This document shows positions 24,856 to 37,086 of a stretch of 64,000 nt of DNA, in pieces. Below the pieces are notes generated by a model that was given only the letters and a program-made list of their open reading frames with translations, was not told the DNA's origin and searched no databases. Origin of the DNA: Squalus acanthias (Eukaryota); NCBI GenBank assembly GCA_030390025.1, contig CM059438.1:69256001-69320000 (forward strand). The letters are read 5' to 3'. Position 1 is the stretch's first letter. Every line of letters starts with the position of its first letter. A program made the position numbers and the translations under genes.

Positions 24856-26570
24856 ACTACAGACAGCTACCCGCAGATCCGACCAAAGAACACACCCGCC
24901 AACTCAATGGACTGATCAAGACCTTCGATCCAGACCTTCAAAACATCCTACGCGCTCTCACCCCACGTACTCCCCGCGTAGGAGACTTTTACTGCCTCCC
25001 AAAGATACACAAAGCCAACACACCCGGACGTCCTATCGTATCAGGCAACGGAACCCTGTGTGAGAACCTCTCTGGGTACGTCGAGGGCATCCTGAAACCC
25101 ATCGTACAGGGAACCCTCAGCTTCTGTCGCGACACTACAGACTTCTTGCAGAAACTCAGCACCCATGGACCAGTCGAACCAGGAACACTCCTCGTCACAA
25201 TGGACGTATCGGCACTCTACACCAATATCCCCCACAATGACGGCATCGCTGCGACAGCCTCAGTACTCAACACCAACAACAGCCAATCTCCGGACGCCAT
25301 CCTACAACTCATCCGCTTCATCCTTGACCACAATGTCTTCACCTTCGACAACCATTTTTTTACCCAAACACACGGAACAGCCATGGGGACCAAATTCGCA
25401 CCCCAATATGCCAACATCTTCATGCACAAGTTCGAGCAAGACTTCTTCGCTGCACAGGACCTCCAACCAACGCTGTACACCAGATACATCGACGACATCT
25501 TCTTCCTTTGGACCCACGACGAAGGATCACTGAAAGGACTACACGATAGCATCAACAGGTTCCATCCCACCATCAAACTCACCATGGACTACTCCTCAGA
25601 ATCGGTTTCATTCTTGGACACACGAATCTCCATCAAAGACGGACGCCTCAGCACTTCACTCTACCGCAAGCCCACGGACAACCTCACGATGCTCCACTTC
25701 TCCAGCTTCCACCCTAACCACGTTAAAGAAGCCATCCCCTATGGACAAGCCCTGTGAATACACAGGATCTGCTCAGACGAGAAGGAACGCGATGGACACC
25801 TACGGACACTGAAAGACGCCCTCGTAAGAACGGGATATGACGCTCGACTCGTCGATCGACAGTTCCGACGGGCCACAGCGAAAAACCGCATAGACCTCCT
25901 CAGAAGACGAACACGGGACACAACCAACAGAGTACCCTACGTCGTCCAGTACTTCCCCGGAGCGGAAAAACTACGCCATGTTCTTCGCAGCCTTCAACAT
26001 GTCATCGATGACGATGAACACCTTGCTAAGGCCATCCCCACGCCTCCACTACTCGCCTTCAAGCAGCCGCCTAACCTCAAAAGTACCATCGTTCGCAGCA
26101 GATTACCCATCTTTCAGGCGAACAGCAACCAAGACACCACACAACCCTGCCACGGCAACCTCTGCAAGACATGCCAAATCATGGACACAGATACCATCAT
26201 CACACGTGCGGACACTACCCACCAGGTACACGGTACATACTCATGTGACTCGGCCAACGTTGTCTACCTGATACGTTGCAGTAAAGGATGCTCCAGAGCA
26301 TGGTACATCGGCGAGACCATGCAGACACTGAGACAACGTATGAACGGACACCGCGCAACAATCGCCAGGCAGGAGGGTTGCCTCCCAGTCGGGGAACACT
26401 TCAGCAGCCAGGGGCATTCAGCCTCGGATATGCGGGTAAGCGTTCTCCAAGGCGGCCTTCGAAATACACGACAGCGCAAAATCATAGAACAGAAACTGAT
26501 AGCCAAGTTCCGCACTCATGAGGAGGGCCTCAATCGCGATATCGGGTTCATGTCACGATACAGAACGTGA
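24856..26570 (+). pseudogene. PLE reverse transcriptase plus GIY-YIG endonuclease, one in-frame TGA at 25755
   Basis: MDVSALYTNIP, GTAMGTKFAPQYANIFM, RYIDDIF, linker CHGNLCKTC and NVVYLIRC...WYIGET...RMNGH; the RT and EN parts are in the same frame. Confidence 0.9.
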
Positions 26571-26792
26571 CTTGACATCATGGCCGGTCTTCCCAGGTGT
26601 TTTTTTTTTAAAAAGGCTAACACAAGAACCTACACAGATTGACAGGATATGCAGCCAGCAGGTGGTTTGACACGTTGGACCCCCTGGGACACATCTCATT
26701 GTCTTGGCTATGCTCTTTGATGTGGGAAAGATTTGAATATATTTTGTCTGTGTTTAAATTGTGAATTCTGGGAGATTCTCTCACTGCTAAAC

Positions 26793-26831
26793 TTACCTGA
26801 CGAAGGAGCGAACTGCTCCGAAAGCTTGTAA
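26793..26831 (+). ncRNA. Minimal type I hammerhead ribozyme motif in the pLTR
   Basis: TTAC-CTGACGA-A-GGAGC(gaact)GCTCC-GAAA-GC-TT-GTAA: catalytic core, 5-bp stem II, palindromic AAGCTT stem III, 4-bp stem I. Confidence 0.75.
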
Positions 26832-28679
26832 AATTAAATAAATCTGTTGGACTATAACCTGGTGTTGTGCGACTTCTCATTTTTATACTAGACCTGGTAT
26901 TGTGCAACGAGATAGGATTAATTAATGACCTCATAGTGAACCACCCTTAGGTAGCAGCGATCATAATATGATTGAATTTTACATTCAGTTTGAGAGAGAG
27001 AAGAGTGGGTCCAAGACTAGTATTTTAAAATTAAATAAGGGCAATTATGAGGGCATGAAAGCAGAGCTAGCTAAAGCGAACTGGCAAATTAGGTTAAGGG
27101 ATAGGTCAATAGAGTTGCAGTGGCAGACATTTAAGGGGATATTTCAAACTACACAGAATATATACATTCCAACAAGAAAGAGAAATTCCAAGGGGAGGAC
27201 CCACCATCCGTGGTTAACTAAAAAAGTTAAGGATAGTATTAAACTTAAAGAAAAATCATATAATTGCGCAAAGATGGGTGGCAGGTCAGAAGATTGGACA
27301 GAATATAAAAAACAGCAAAGAATGACTAAAAGATTAATAGGGAGAGAAAAATTAGAGTACGAGAGAAAGCTAGCTAGAAATATAAAAACAAATATTAAGA
27401 GTTTCTATAGATATTTAAAAAAGAAAAGAGTTAACAAAGTGAGCGTTGGTCCTATAAAAAGTGAGTCTGGGGAATTAATAATGGAAAATAAGGAGATGGC
27501 AGTTGAATTGAACAGATATTTTGCATCGGTCTTCACTATAGAGGATACAAGTAACATCCCAGAAATAGCTATAAGTCAGGAAATGGAAGGGAGGGAAGAA
27601 CTCAAGAAAATTATAATCACCAGGGAAGTGGTACTGAGCAAATTGTTGGAGCTGCGGACTGACAAGTCCTCGGGTCCTGATGGACTTCATCCTAGGGTCT
27701 TAAAAGAAGTGGCTAGTGAGATAGTTGATGCGTTGGTTTTAATTTTCCAAAATTTCCTAGTTTCGGGGAAGGTTCCATTCGATTGGAAAATAGCGAATGT
27801 AACTCCTTTATTCAAAAAGGGAGGGAGACAGAAAGCAGGAAACTACAGGCCAGTTAGCTTAACATCTCTCATAGGGAAGATGTTAGAAGCAAGTATTAAA
27901 GACGTTATAGCAGGGCACTTGGAAAAGTTCAAAGTAATCAGGCAGAGTCAACATGGTTTTGTGCAAGGGAAATCAAGTTTAACGAATTAATTGGAGTTCT
28001 TTGAGGAAGTAACATGTGCTGTGGATAAAGGGGAACCGGTGGATGTACTGTACTTAGATTTCCAGAAGGCATTTGATAAGGTGCCACATCAAAGGTTATT
28101 GTGGAAAATACAAGCTCATGGTGTAGGAGGTAACATATTGGCATTGATAGAAGATTGGCTAGCTAACAGGAAACAGAGAGTAGGCATAAATGGGTCATTT
28201 TCTGATTGGCAAGATGTAATGAGTGGTGTGCCACAGGGATCAGTGCTGGAGCCTCAACTTTTTACAATTTATATAAATGACTTGGATGAAGGGACTGAAG
28301 GTATGGTTGCTAAATTTGCTGATGACACAAAGATAGGCAGGAAAGTAAATTGTGAGGAGGACATAAGGAGGCTACAAAGGGATATAGATAAGTTAAGTGA
28401 GTTGGCAAAGATCTGGCAAATGGAGTATAATGTGGGAAAATGTGAAGTTGTCCATTTTGGCAGGCAGAATAATAAAGAAGCATATTATCTAAATGGTGAG
28501 AGATTGCAGAGCTCTGAGATGCAGCGGGATCTGGGTGTCCTAGTGCATGAATCGCAAAAGGTTACTATGCAGGTACAGCAAGTAATTAGGAAAGCTAATA
28601 GAAAGTTATCGTTTATTGCAAGGGGAATTGAATACAAAAGTAGGGAGGTTATGCTTCAGTTATACAGGACATTGGTGAG

Positions 28680-29779
28680 GATTTGGAGGAGGGGACCGAG
28701 TGTAACATATCAAAGTTTGCAGATGATACTAAGATGGGAGGGAAAGTAGTGAGTGAGGAGGACATAAAAAATCTGCAAGGGGACATAGACAGGCTAAGTA
28801 AGTGGGCAGAGATTTGGCAGATGGAATACAATACTGGAAAGTGTGAGGTTATGCACTTTGGCAGGAAAAATAGTAGAGCAAGTTATTATCTAAATGGCAA
28901 GAAACTGGAAAGTACTGAAGTACAAAGGGATCTGGGGGTCCTGGTGCACGAAACTCAAAAGGTTAGTATGCAGGTGCAGCATGTGATTAAGAAGGCCAAT
29001 GGAATGTTGGCTTTCATTGCTAAGGGGATAGAAAAAAAAATAGGGAGGTATTGCTTCAGTTGTACAAGGTATTGGTGAGACCGCACATGGAATACTGCAT
29101 ACAGTTTTGGTGTCCATACTTAAGAAAAGACATACTTGCTCTCGAGTCAGTACAAAGAAGGTTCACTCGGTTAATCCCGGGGATGAGGGGATGGACATAT
29201 GAGGAGAGGTTGGGTAGATTGGGACTCTACTCATTGAAGTACAGAAGAATGAGAGGCGATCTTATTGAAACATATAAGATTGTGAAGGGGTTGGATCGGG
29301 TGGATGCGGGGAGGATGTTCCCGATGATGGGTGAAACTAGAACTAGAGGGCATAGTCTTAGAATAAGGGGCTGCTCTTTCAAAACTGAGATGAGGAGGAA
29401 CTACTTCACTCAGAGGGTGGTAGGTCCATGGAATATGCTGCCCCAAAAAGCTGTAGAAGCTACATCATTACATAAATTTAAAACAGAAATAGACAGTTTC
29501 CTCGAAGTAAAGGGAATTAAGGGTTACGGGGAGCGGGCAGGAATTTGGACATGAGTCTAGGTTCGGATCGGTCATGGGCCTCTGGGTAGAGTAGCGGGCC
29601 CAGGGGCCGTGTAGCCTGATCCTGCTCCTATTTCGTGTGTCCAATTCTGTTAGGTTCAGGAGATGGTTCTGTGATAGTAGATTGGCGGTTAGGATCAGAT
29701 CAGCCATGATCTTATTGAATGGCGGAGCAGGCTCGAGGGGCCAATTGGCCTACTCCTGCTCCTATTTCTTATGTTCTTA
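28680..29779 (+). mobile_element. CR1 subfamily B 3' fragment nested in CR1-A
   Basis: The RT C-terminus restarts (KFADDTKMGG); closely similar to 32021-32900; TGAG occurs at both junctions. Confidence 0.9.
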
Positions 29780-30374
29780 TGAGACCACATCTGGAGTACT
29801 GTGTACAGAATTGGTCTCCTTATTTAAGGAAGGATGTAAATGCGTTGGAAGCAGTTCAGAGAAGGTTTACTAGACTAATACCTGGAATGGGCGGGTTGTC
29901 TTATGAGGAAAGGTTGGACAGGCTAGGCTTGTATCCGCTGGAGTTTAGAAGAGTAAGAGGTGACTTAATTGAAACATATAAGATCCTGAGGGGTCTGGAC
30001 AGGGTGGATGTGGAAAGGATGTTTCCTCTTGTGGGAGAATCTAGAACTAGGGGGTCACTGTTTAAAAATAAGAGGTCGCCCATTTAAGACAGAGATGAGG
30101 AGAAATTTTTTCTCACAGAGGGTCATGAGTCTTTGAAACTCTCTTCCTCAGAGGGCGGTGGAAGCAGAATCTTTTAATATTTTTAAGGCAGAGGTAGATA
30201 GACTCTTGGTAAGCAAGGAGCTGAAAAGTTATCGGAGGTAGGTGGGAATGTGGAGTGATCGGATCAGCCATGATCTTATTGAATGGCGGAGCAGGCTCGA
30301 AGGGCCGAATGGCCTACTCTTGCTCCTAATTCGTATGTTCGTATGTTCGTAAAGGAAACTTATTAAATTAAATA

Positions 30375-30670
30375 AAAATACCCCAAGTGTGCACTCCGGT
30401 CGCTGCAGTGCCCACCGGTAGAGGAAGTCCTCAGCATACCGATGGACACCAAGTGCTCCTTCTCCAGGGCCACCTGTGCACAGAAGCGTCGCGGCAAATA
30501 GGTAGGCAGTCAGAGCGACCACCCCCTTGGGCCACATCCAACCTAGATCTGTAGATGGCTAACTTGGCCAGGCCCAGGCGTAGACCCCCGAGGAGGTCCT
30601 CCGACTTGTCCGCCGCCCTCCGCACCAGATGACCAAAGATCAGGTATGCGACTGAAGTGGAGCCAAAAGT
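30375..30670 (-). mobile_element. Tx1/L1-clade LINE 3' fragment
   Basis: EDLLGGLRLGLAKLAIYRSR resembles the Tx1 ORF2 C-terminus. Confidence 0.6.
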
Positions 30671-31478
30671 TTCAATCCAAGTATAGCACGTTCTTTTACT
30701 CCACTAGATGCTCCTTTAGATTTTGATATTCAAATTAAAGAATAAATTAGATCTGAAAAATTAATTTTCTCTGACAACCAGGAATGTCTCCATTATTCTT
30801 TATTGTTATTGTTATTCATTGTTGAGCGTTTTTAACCGAGGTTGCCGTTGCATAAATATATAAAAATGTCAAACATTACTGATGGAATAGTACCGACAAT
30901 ATGCAATAGCACACTTGCAACTTATCATTTTTTTTCTTTGATATGCTTCAGCTTTCATCTTCGGCTTCAGCTTATTATCTTCTAATGGCATGGTACACAA
31001 ATGATAAGGCAGGAGAGCAGTTTTGGAAGAAGTAATGTCTGTGACCAAAAAAAGTACTCAAAATAGTTTGGCTGATGTATGCAGATATTATTTAGGCTGA
31101 TTACTTTGATAATTGTTATTAGAATTGCTGATATTGGCTAGAGGTAGTGCAGTGAGAGAAAAATGTGTGTTCATCAAGGGCACACAGTTCAAATGAGTAT
31201 ATAAACCATCTGGAGACATGCAAGAAACTCTCATCCTTGTGAGGAAGGGGTAAACAATTCTATCTCCATGTTTCTGGCACACGTCAGAAATGCAGATCAC
31301 AGAATTGCACACTCCCAGCTTGTGTGTGTTATCACATCCATTAATATTAATAGATGGAAATCCATAGATTGGAGCTGTGCAATTTCATGTTATGTGCTCC
31401 TAGTGTGTGCTAAGAATGCAGCAGTGGAATTTCTACCCCTCAGTGCATGGCCTTACTCTTAACTCCTCTTGACACCAC

Positions 31479-31722
31479 CAAAGCGCCGAACACCTCGAGT
31501 CTCTTCGCCTGGAGCAAGCGGAAGCCAAGCGCAAACAGCACAAGGAGCGCACGTCAACCCAAGCACCCCACCCACCCGCCCCTTCAACCACCGTCTGCCC
31601 CATCTGTGACAGAGACCGTAGGTCCCGCATTGGACTCATCAGTCACCTGAGAACTCATTTTTAGCGTGGAAGCGAGTCATCCTTGGTTCCGAGGGACTGC
31701 CTAAGAAGAAGAAGAAGAGAAG
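31479..31722 (+). mobile_element. RTE (BovB-like) LINE 3' end with 67-bp TSD
   Basis: C-terminal CPICDRDRRSRIGLISHLRTH, (AAG)n tail, direct repeat at 31412-31478 and 31723-31789. Confidence 0.85.
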
Positions 31723-32020
31723 AAGAGTGCAACAGTGGAATTTCTACTCCTCAGTGCATGGCCTTAGTCTGAACTCCTCTTGACACCACATCAAGGATCA
31801 GGACCGTGTATTGTAAGAAATCCAGGTTATAAGAACATAAGAAATAGGAGCAGGAGTAGACCAATCGGCCCCTTGAGCCTGCTCCGCCATTCAATGAGAT
31901 CATGGCTGATCTGTTCCAACCTCAACTCTAAAGAACACAAGAAGCAGGAGCAGGACCAGGCCACTCGGCCCCTGGGCCCGCTCCGCCACCCACAGGGCCT
32001 TGACCGATCCGAACTCAAAC

Positions 32021-34967
32021 TCATGTCCAATTTCCAGCCCACTCCCCGTAACCCCTGATTCCCTTTACTTCTAGGAAACGGTCTATTTCTGTTTTAAATT
32101 TATTTAATGAAGTAGCTTCCACAGCTTCCTGGGGTAGCAAATTCCACAGACCCACTACCCTCTGAGTGAAAAAGTTTCTCCTCATCTCAGTTTTGAAAGA
32201 GGAGCCCCTTATTCTAAGATTATGTGCCCTAGTTCTAGTTTCACCCATCATTGGGAACATCCTCACCGCGTCCACCCGATCAAGCCCCTTCACAATCTTA
32301 CATGTTTCAATAAGATCGCCTCTCATTCTTCTGAACTCCAATGAGTAGAGTCCCAATCTACTCAACCTCTCCTCGTATGTCCACCCCCTCATTCCCGGAA
32401 TTAACCGAGTGAACCTTCTTTGTACTGCCTCGAGAGCAAGTATGTCTTTTCTTAAGTATGGACACCAAAACTGTATGCAGTACTCCAGGTGCGGTCTCAC
32501 CAATACCCTATACAACTGCAGCAATACCTCCCTGTTTTTATATTCTATCCCCCTAGCAATAAAAGCCAACATTCCATTGGCTTTCTTGATCACCTGCTGC
32601 ACCTGCATACTAACTTTTTGATTTTCTTGCACCAAGACCCCCAGATCCCTTTGTACTGCAGTACTTTCCAGTTTCTCGCCATTAAGATAATAACTTGCTC
32701 TCTGATTTTTCCTGCCAAAGTGCATAACCTCACATTTTCCAATATTGTATTGCATCTGCCAAATCTCTGCCCACTCACCCAGCCTGTCTATGTCCCCTTG
32801 CAGGTTTTTTATGCCCTCCTCACTCACTACTTTTCCTCCCATCTTTGTATCATCTGCAAACTTTGATATGTTACACTCGGTCCCCTCCTCCAAATTGTTA
32901 ATATAGATTGTAAAGAGTTGGGGACCCAGCACCGACCCCTGCGGAACACCACTGGCTACTGGTTGCCAGTCCGAGAATGAACCATTAATCCCAACTCTCT
33001 GCTTCCTGTTAGATAACCAATCCTCCACCCATGCCAGAATATTACCCCCAATCCAGTGATTTTTTATCTTGAGTAATAATCTTTTATGTGGCACCTTGTC
33101 GAATGCCTTCTGGAAGTCTAAATACACTACATCCACTGGTTCCCCTTTATCCACCCTGTACGTTATGTCCTCAAAGAACTCGAGCAAATTTGTCAGACAT
33201 GACTTCCCCTTCATAAAGCCATGCTGACTTTGTCCTATTAAATTATGTTTATCTAAATGTTCCGTTACTGTCTCCTTAATAATAGACTGCAAAATTTTAC
33301 CCACCACAGATGTTAGGCTAACTGGTCTATAATTTCCAGCCTTCTGCCTACAACCCTTTTTAAATAAGGGTGTTACATTAGCAGTTTTCCAATCTGCCGG
33401 GACCTTTGCAGAGTTCAGGGAGTTTTGGAAAATTATTACCAAAGCATCCACAATTCCTACTGCCACTTCCCTCAAGACCCTAGGATGTAAGCCATCAGGT
33501 CCAGGGGATTTATCCTCCTTGAGTCCCATTATTTTACTGAGTACCAATTCCTTAGTGATTTTAATCATATTTAGCTCCTCCCCCACTAGAGCCCCCTGTT
33601 TGTCCAGTGTTGGGATATTCTTAGTGTCCTCTACCGTAAAGACTGAAACAAAATATTTGTTCAGCATTTTTGCCATCTCCATGTTTCCCATCATTAATTT
33701 CCCGGTCTCATCCTCTAAGGGACCTACGTTTGCCTTAACCACCCTTTTTCTTTTTATTTCACTATAGAAACTCTTGCTATCTGTTTTTATATTTTTTGCT
33801 AATTTATTTTCATAGTCTATTTTCCCTTTCTTAATCAATCTTTTAGTTACTTTTTGTTGTCTTTTGAAGACTTCCCAATCTTCTATCCTCCCACTAACTT
33901 TGGCTACCTTATATGTCCTTGTTTTTAGTTGGATACTTTCTTTAATTTCTTTACTTAGCCATGGATGGCTGTCATTTCTTTTACACCCTTTTTTCCTCAG
34001 TGGAATATATTTATTTTGAAAGTTGTAAAATAACTCCTTGAATGAACACCACTGCTCATGTACCGTCTTACCCTTTAATCTATTTTCCCAGTCCACTTTA
34101 ATCAATTCTGCTCTCATGCCATCATAGTCTCCTTTATTCAAGCTCAGTATGCTTGTTTGAGAACCAACCTTCTCACCCTCTAATTGGATATGGAATTCAA
34201 CCATGTTATGGTCACTCATTCCAAGGGGATCCTTAACTAGGACATTATTAATTAATCCAGACTCATTACACAGTACCAGGTCCAAGGTTGCTTGCCCCCT
34301 TGTAGGATCAGTTACATACTGCTCAAGAAATCCATCCCTAAGACACTCAATAAACTCTTCCTCAAGGCTGCCCTGCCCAATTTGATTTGTCCAGTTAATA
34401 TGATAGTTAAAATCCCCCATAATTATAGCTGTTCCCTTATTACATGCCCCAACTATTTCCTGATTAATACTTCTTCCAACAGAGTTGCAACTATTAGGAG
34501 GCCTATATACTACACCCACCAGTGTTTTTTTCCCCTTATTATTCCTTATCTCTACCCAAACTGTTTCATTATCCTGATCTTTTGACCCAATATCATTTCT
34601 CTGTATTACAGTGATTCCTTCCTTTATTAACATAGCCACACCCCCCCCCCCCTCCCCTTCCTTCCTGCCTGTCCTTCCTGATTGTTAAATACCCTGGCAT
34701 ATTTAATTCCCAGAGGTTGTCACCCTGCAGCCATGTTTCTGTAATGGCCACAAGATCATACCCATACATAGTTATTTGTGCCGTTAACTCGTCAATTTTG
34801 TTACGAATGCTACGTGCATTCAGATAAAGAACTTTCAAATGTGTTTTGTGACACTTACTTCCTGCTTTTTCCTTATTTAACACTTTACCTTTTACTCCAT
34901 ACCTTCTGTCCCTTCCTGACATGCTTTCCTCTGTCTCCCTGCTCAGCTTCCCAACCCCCTGCCACAT
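32021..34967 (-). pseudogene. CR1 ORF2 (APE endonuclease plus RT), single frameshift in a G run at ~34640-34652
   Basis: The 124-aa and 872-aa ORFs join; [30 protein letters not shown] and KFADDTK present. Confidence 0.92.
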
Positions 34968-35914
34968 TAGTTTAAATCCTCCCCAACAGCACTAGCAAAC
35001 ACTCCCCCTAGGACAGCAGTCCCGGCCCTGCCCAGGTGCAGACCGTCCGGTTTGTACTGGTCCCACCTCCCCCAGAACCGGTTCCAATGTCCCAGGAATT
35101 TGAATCCCTCCCCCTTGCACCATTCCTCTAGCCACGTATTCATTTAAAATATCCTCCTATTTCTACTCTGACTAGCACGTGGCACTGGTAGCAATCCTGA
35201 GATTACTACCTTTGAGGTCCTATTTTTTAATTTACCTCCTAACTCCCTATATTCTGCTTTTAGGACCTCATCCCCTTTTTTACCTATATCGTTGGTGCCT
35301 ATGTGCACCACGACAGCTGGCTGTTCGCCCTCCCCCTCCAAAATGTTCTGTAGCCGCTCCGAGACGTCCTTGACTCTTGCACCAGGGAGGCAACACACCA
35401 TCCTGGAGTCTCGGTTGCGGCCACAGAAACGCCTATCTATTCCCCTTACAATTGAGTCCCCTATCACTATAGCTCTTCCACTATTTTTCCTCCCAGCCTG
35501 TGCAGCAGAGCCGCCCATGGTGCCAGGAAGTTGGCTGCTGCTGCCTTCCCCTAAGTCATCCCCCCCAACAGTATCCAAAGCGGTATATCTGTTTGAGAGG
35601 GGGATGGCCACAGGGGACCCCTGCACTACCTGCCTGCACCTCCTACTCTGCCTGGTGGTCACCCATTCCCTTCCTGCCTGTACACCCTTCACCTGCGGTG
35701 TGACCAACTCACTAAACGTGCTATCCACGACGTTCTCAGCATCGCGAATGCTCCAATATGCTTCCAGCCGCAGCTCCAGCGCCGCAATGCGGGCTGTCAG
35801 TAGCTGCAGCTGGATACACTTCCCGCACACATGGTCGTCAGGGACACCGGAAGGGTCCCTGATTTCCCACATAGAGCAGGAGGAGCACAACACGGGGCTG
35901 GGCTGTCCTGCCAT
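34967..35914 (-). pseudogene. CR1 ORF1 (Cys-rich N-terminus plus SGNH esterase), one in-frame TAA at 35144-35146
   Basis: CSSCSMW...CGKC, VIGDSIVRG, HIGTND; continues in frame after the stop as MNTWLEEW...DGLHL...EDLN*. Confidence 0.9.
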
Positions 35915-36051
35915 GACTTACCCTTTAATTAATTGAACTTTAATTAAATCAAATCAATACCACCAATTAAATGAATTGCTCAAGGGCCCTTGGTTACTAG
36001 CACTAAAAATTATAATCACAAAATTAAGATCTTCGAAACTTTATAAACTAT

Positions 36052-36944
36052 GGGGTAAAAATTCAGTTGGTTGCGCCTCCCGTTAGCGCCTTAAGAGGGC
36101 GCTAATGGGGCGCAAAGCCGCTAACGCCCGGGCGCAGCGATGTTTGCGCCGCTCGGGAACTTAACTAGAGATTGTGCGGCGGCGCTAAACTTTATCGCTG
36201 CGACCACCTGCGCGCGCAGATTGTGACGTCATTCCATGGTGCAACGCCCTTGTGGCGCCCCGGAGCGGAAATTGAGTGGCGCCCCCTGCCTTACCGCCTG
36301 GCGCATCCAACGACCAGAAGACTGGAACGCTATCAATCACTGTGGGGCTGGGGGGGGCGCTATTTAAAGGGGGCCTCTTCCTGTCTTTTATTGTTGGTGG
36401 CATTTTTGAACTACGCATTCTGAGAGAGAGAGGGACAGACTTCTGGAGAGATTCAACGTTGTGTGAAGGAGTTTTGGGTACTGAGCAGCACTTTGCAGGT
36501 TCATTTTGATTTGCCATTCCTTGTATCGATTTAGCAGAGACTGTGGGAGCTGCACTCTGAGCTCTTTGCCTGGTACTCTCCATTGTTCTTTCCAGCACAT
36601 TTGATGTGCAAGTCTCTCCAGGCCGAGATTCAAGGCTGCAATGAACAGGATGTGGATGGAAAGCAAGATTAACCATCCCCTTTAAGAACTGGCCCGTGCC
36701 ATTGTGTGTGTGTTCCATTGCTGACTGACATTACATGAGCTTCGCCAGCGCTCTGAGTTAGCGCCTCACTCCTTGGCCTTTGCGCCTTAAGACAGGTGTG
36801 CAGTGTCTGATTTAGCGCTCCACTCACCTCCCGGGGCGGTAAAAGTGAAGTTTCCAGTCAGTGCCGATAATTAGCGCCAGGCGCTAATATTTGCGTCCAG
36901 ACGATATTTGCGCCCCAAATGGGGCGCGACCTAATTTTTCCCCC
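36052..36944. mobile_element. Harbinger internal-deletion derivative (MITE) in the CR1 5'UTR
   Basis: GGGG...CCCC ends, TAT TSD; both halves align to the two ends of 47066-51119. Confidence 0.88.
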
Positions 36945-37086
36945 TATGAACCTTAACTATCAAACTATAAAGTAGTATAAATACTAACCTGCCGTACTCA
37001 CCCAATCAGCCGCTCCCTCCTGCCCACGTCACGTTTTGAATCGTAACGTGGCTCTGGAACGCCGCCGCCGGTCTGAGATTGGTAAA

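Larger units (their letters stand above)
24516..26883 (+). mobile_element. Penelope-like element (Neptune-type), 5'-truncated, with inverted 5' pLTR
   Basis: 24554-24855 is an inverted copy of 26583-26883; 12-bp TSD TATACTAGACCT (24504-24515 and 26884-26895). Confidence 0.93.
24230..30350 (+). mobile_element. CR1 LINE subfamily A, interrupted by a PLE and a CR1-B fragment
   Basis: ORF2 pieces at 24244-24515, 26896-28679 and 29780-30087 join into one EN-RT; ends with a TCGTATGT tail. Confidence 0.95.

Noticed and set aside
24557..26934. Duplicate ORFs beginning MRSRTTPGYSPTDLF on opposite strands
   Set aside because: An artefact of the inverted pLTR, not genes.
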